Below are positions 21,895 through 25,557 of a stretch of DNA of 25,557 bases, one piece after another; the first letter of the stretch is position 1; each line of letters starts with the position of its first letter. The position numbers and the translations under genes were made by a program. This DNA is from Macrostomum lignano (Eukaryota). The stretch spans positions 1 to 25,557 of the forward strand of contig NIVC01004029.1 of NCBI GenBank assembly GCA_002269645.1. The letters run 5' to 3'. The notes beneath the pieces are model-generated. The model worked only from the letters and a program-made list of their open reading frames with translations, made no database searches and was not told the origin of the DNA.

Positions 21895-22893
21895 CACGTG
21901 TCGGCAAACTCTTTTACATCAAGGGCCAGATAGAGAATCTAGTGGCATGACTGCGGAGGGCAGAGAGGAGAGGGTCAGAGGAAATAGATAAGAGACAAGA
22001 GAAATAGGAGAAATGATATGCGAAAGAATAATGGAGAGGAGAGTAGAGGAGAGGAGAGGAGAGAGAGGAGAGGAGAGGAGAGAGAGGAGAGGAGAGGAGA
22101 GGAGAGGAGAGGAGAGGAGAGAGAGGAGAGGAGAGGAGAGGAGAGAGAGAGGAGAGGAGAGGAGAGGAGAGGAGAGGAGAGGAGAGGAGAGGAGAGGAGA
22201 GGAGAGGAGAGGAGAGGAGAGGAGAGGAGAGGAGAGAGAGGAGAGGAGAGAGAGAGGAGAGGAGAGGAGAGGAGATGAGAGGAGAGAGAGAGAGAGAGAG
22301 GAGGAGAGGAGAGGAGAGGAGAGAGAGAGGAGAGGAGAGAGAGAGGAGAGAGAGAGGAGAGGAGAGAGAGAGGAGAGGAGAGAGAGAGGAGAGGAGAGGA
22401 GAGGAGAGGAGAGGAGAGGAGAGGAGAGGAGAGGAGAGGAGAGGAGAGGAGAGGAGAGGAGAGGAGAGGAGAGGAGAGGAGAGAGAGGAGAGGAGAGGAG
22501 AGAGAGAGAGAGGAGAGGAGAGGAGAGGAGATGAGAGGAGAGAAAGAGAGAGAGAGGAGAGAGAGAGAGGAGAGGAGAGGAGAGGAGAGAGAGAGAGGAG
22601 AGAGAGAGGAGAGAGAGAGAGAGGAGAGAGAGGAGAGAGAGGAGAGGAGAGGAGAGAGAGAGAGGAGAGGAGAGAGAGGAGAGGAGAGAGAGAGGAGAGG
22701 AGAGGAGAGGAGAGAGAGAGAGGAGAGGAGAGGAGAGGAGAGGAGAGGAGAGAGAGGAGATAGAGAGAGATGAGAAGAGACACAAGCCTTGAGCGGGCCG
22801 CATTGCTATTGTGAAGTTTCAAAGGACCCGACGGCCAGATAGACAGACTTCGCGGGCAGCACGTGGCCCGCGGCCGGAGGTTGCCGACCCCTG
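21895..22893 (+). mobile_element. Complete non-autonomous hAT (Charlie/MER58-like) DNA transposon (MITE) with an internal GA-rich microsatellite
   Basis: Left end CACGTGTCGGCAAACTC (21895-21911) versus reverse complement of right end CAGGGGTCGGCAACCTC (22877-22893): 14/17 identical. Flanks CGATAATT (21887-21894) and TGATAACT (22894-22901) match 6/8, both differences C/T, fitting the 8-bp hAT TSD. Subterminal GGCCAGATAG near both ends and GCGGG..CACGTGGCCCGCGG resemble hAT MITE ends as recalled. Confidence 0.8.
22033..22780. repeat. (GGAGA)n/(GA)n homopurine microsatellite, full length (~750 bp)
   Basis: Direct reading; lies inside the MITE. Confidence 0.97.
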
Positions 22894-23058
22894 TGATAAC
22901 TGATGTTCTCCACTCTGTTAATGGTTTAATGTTCTCAACTATCTGCTCTTACATAGCGTCTTAGACTTTTACTACACTTCGTCCACGGCGACATGGTCCC
23001 ACAACCTTTTTGACGGGTTGACCCTCATGGGTTGTGAATCGCACAAAAAACCTCCGAG

Positions 23059-23240
23059 CCAATTGTCGCGCACAATCCACAAATTAATGCGGCCACGTGA
23101 TAAGCCGCGGGTCACGTGACCGCTAAGTCTCGACAGGGGGTCGTAGAACTTCTATCGATACAAGGGATTTCTCTTGCAGTCCAGCTGCACTGTCTGAATC
23201 CCAATCCGACTGCAATATTCCAGAGCCACTGGTATAAAAA
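23059..23240 (+). promoter_or_regulatory. Promoter-like motif cluster
   Basis: CCAAT at 23059-23063 and 23201-23205, CACGTG at 23094-23099, palindrome GGTCACGTGACC at 23110-23121, TATAAAAA at 23233-23240. Motifs only; no linked gene identified. Confidence 0.3.
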
Positions 23241-23675
23241 TAGGGGAACGGGGCCAAAGCTAATAATAAGTCCTAAGAGATAAACTCATTTCCCTCGGCT
23301 CTGCCTGAGAACTCGATGACTCGCTGGTCAGCCTCTCAGCTTCATCCCCTGCCCCACCCCCCCCCCTAAATTCCGGCTCGGGCGGCAAAAAATGCAAATT
23401 AAGTTTCTTTTCTCGATGGAAAGTCCCGGTTGTCCTACCAACTCCGGTCGTCTCGGTGCATTGAAATTTTCTGAGCAGTCAATTGAAGCCGGTTTGTTTT
23501 ACAGGAAACATGTTCCAATGCCGTTTGGCACCTCTGAAAAGCTGCTCCGTTGTCTTTTGTTCGGATCTCCGGGAAACTGTTTCCCGCATTCAGTCCCACC
23601 AAAAAGACTTCAGGATTTGGATGTCTGCTATCATTTATGAATAGAAAATTCTTTACAGACATCTTGCACCTGCAA

Positions 23676-23997
<322 letters not shown>

Positions 23998-24624
23998 TCT
24001 GCCCCCATTAAGAAGTTATACAAGTGTGCATTCTCAGCTGCTATAAGCAGTGGGATTTAGCAACCTGTATCGCGCAGCTAGGCAATGCGAAACATCAGAT
24101 CAATCCTCTCCCCCAGAGTGTGTAAGCAATTTCAATCTATATTTCAATTATTAAGCTATAGTCTGAAAGCACTCGTCTCAAGCAGCGCTGAGGAATGAAA
24201 TAAGAGAGACAGACAGACAGACAGATATTGGAGCGAAGCTTGAAGCCTGAGAGAGAGAGAGAGATAGAGAGAGCTAGCTCTTGACTAGTATTTGGTGAAC
24301 TCAAAATAATGAACACGACTCGCGCGCATGTGTCAGCCGTATCTGTATGCGGATGCGCGCGTACACAGATTCTGCGCATTATAGTTAGCTGAACTGCGCC
24401 GCTGAAATCAGACCGGTTCAAGAAAGAGGAAGCCGAGACAGGGGCGTGGAGTCGATCTGAGCTTTAATTACCGGATGCGGGAGCCAGCCACGCCCTTTAC
24501 CTAGCCAAAATAGCTAGTAATTACAGTAGCCAAAACGCTGCTTACAGACCTACTCCCTGCGTTTGCACTCTTTATAATAGGTTTATTTCCATTTCGTTAA
24601 ATTCCAAAGAATCTGTGTTACTAT

Positions 24625-25146
24625 GGGCTAGGGAGAGAATGGGGCTGGGGTAGGCGCTGTTTTACGATCGGGTAGGGAGAGAATCGGGCTGGGGTGGGGG
24701 CTGTTTTACGATCGGGTAGGGAGAGAATGGGCTGGGGGAGCTGTTTTACGATCGGGTAGGGAGAGAATGGGGCTGGGGTGGGGGCTGTTTTACGATCGGG
24801 TAGGGAGAGAATGGGGCTGGGTGGGGGCTGTTTTACGATCGGTAGGGAGAGAATGGGCTGGGGTGGAGCTGTTTTATGATCGGGTAGGGAGAGAATCGGC
24901 CTTGGGTGGGGGCTGTTTTACGATCGGGTAGGGAGAGAATGGGGCTGGGGTGGGGGCTGTTTTACGATCGGGTAGGGAGAGAATGGGGCTGGGGTGGAGC
25001 TGTTTTATGATCGGGTAGGGAGAGAATCGGGCTTGGGTGGGGGCGCTGTTTTACGATCGGGTAGGTGAGAGAATCGGGCTGGGGTGCAGCTGTTTTATAA
25101 TCGCTATCGAGAGGATGCGGGGTTGGGTGAGGGCTGCTTTATGATC
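24625..25146. repeat. ~42-44 bp G-rich minisatellite, 11 units plus one degenerate unit
   Basis: Unit GGGTAGGGAGAGAATGGGGCTGGGGTGGGGGCTGTTTTACGATC, starting at about 24625, 24671, 24714 and onward. Confidence 0.93.
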
Positions 25147-25557
25147 AGCTGTGCGAAATAGTCGCTTTTGCATTGGCTGATGAAAACTAATTATTTGACT
25201 AAAATGGCTCAGCAAAGTCCCAGGTGCGCCGATGAATCTCTTACGAATAATTTCTTGGAAAACTGTAATTAATTTAAGTCGCTGAATACCGGATTCATAG
25301 CTGTTGGATAGCTACCCAGAAAGATGAGTGGATAAGTGGGAGTCTCCAAAAGCGTGCTAAAACACTGAAGAATCGTAGCAAGCTTTTATATGTATTTGAT
25401 ATAAAAAGTAATATATAATTGCAGAGCAAGCATAAGACATCGAACGTACATTAATTACAGCAAATATTAGTTATACACAAAAATAAAACAAAAAAATTAC
25501 CTGGTTTAGTTCAAATATCAAAAAATCATTGTTTCAATTTATGAGGTTGGGATAAAA

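Larger units (their letters stand above)
798..22372 (+). repeat. Tandem triplication; units 798-7599 (6802 bp), 7600-14016 (6417 bp), 14017-22372 (8356 bp)
   Basis: The same order recurs three times: WDR17 3' part, 66-bp minisatellite, spacer, C-rich repeat, unique segment, MITE left end, GGAGA array. Unit length differences come almost entirely from minisatellite copy number. The 69 bp before GAG|CCTG at 14019 match the terminal array up to 22375. Confidence 0.93.

Noticed and set aside
21914-22822. (LSSPL)n and (EERRG)n ORFs in the terminal GA array; (LSVC)n and (DRQT)n ORFs at 23435-23983
   Set aside because: Pure microsatellite translations with no fused domain.
24321-24400. Helitron 3' end
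   Set aside because: No CTRR terminus at the expected distance after the hairpin and no matching 5' TC end identified.

Overview
Eukaryotic (probably invertebrate metazoan) genomic DNA with GC-rich coding sequence and many mini- and microsatellites; no prokaryotic genes or CRISPR array. The window opens inside an intron-free WDR17 orthologue (1-3590, + strand, 5' end outside the window). The gene is followed by a ~66-bp minisatellite, an AT-rich spacer, a ~16-bp C-rich repeat, a unique segment with AATAAA, and a hAT-type MITE containing a (GGAGA)n microsatellite. The block from WDR17 position 798 to the middle of that microsatellite is present three times in tandem (798-7599, 7600-14016, 14017-22372). 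Both junctions are the same: microsatellite joined to WDR17 at a GAG microhomology. This produces two 5'-truncated WDR17 copies. In one of them (13640-15553) an ATG from the MITE opens an uninterrupted (EERRG)n-WD40 fusion ORF; in the other, a difference of one GA dinucleotide puts the fusion out of frame. Only the last MITE copy is complete (21895-22893, TIRs plus degenerate 8-bp TSD). Downstream are a promoter-like motif cluster, a tRNA-derived SINE-like head with a (GACA)n tail, and a G-quadruplex-type 43-bp minisatellite. Caveat: every WDR17 frameshift is -1 and I saw no in-frame stops, which suggests long-read consensus errors, so single-base claims and the copy number need raw-read confirmation. 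Homology calls rest on recalled sequences, not on a database search.
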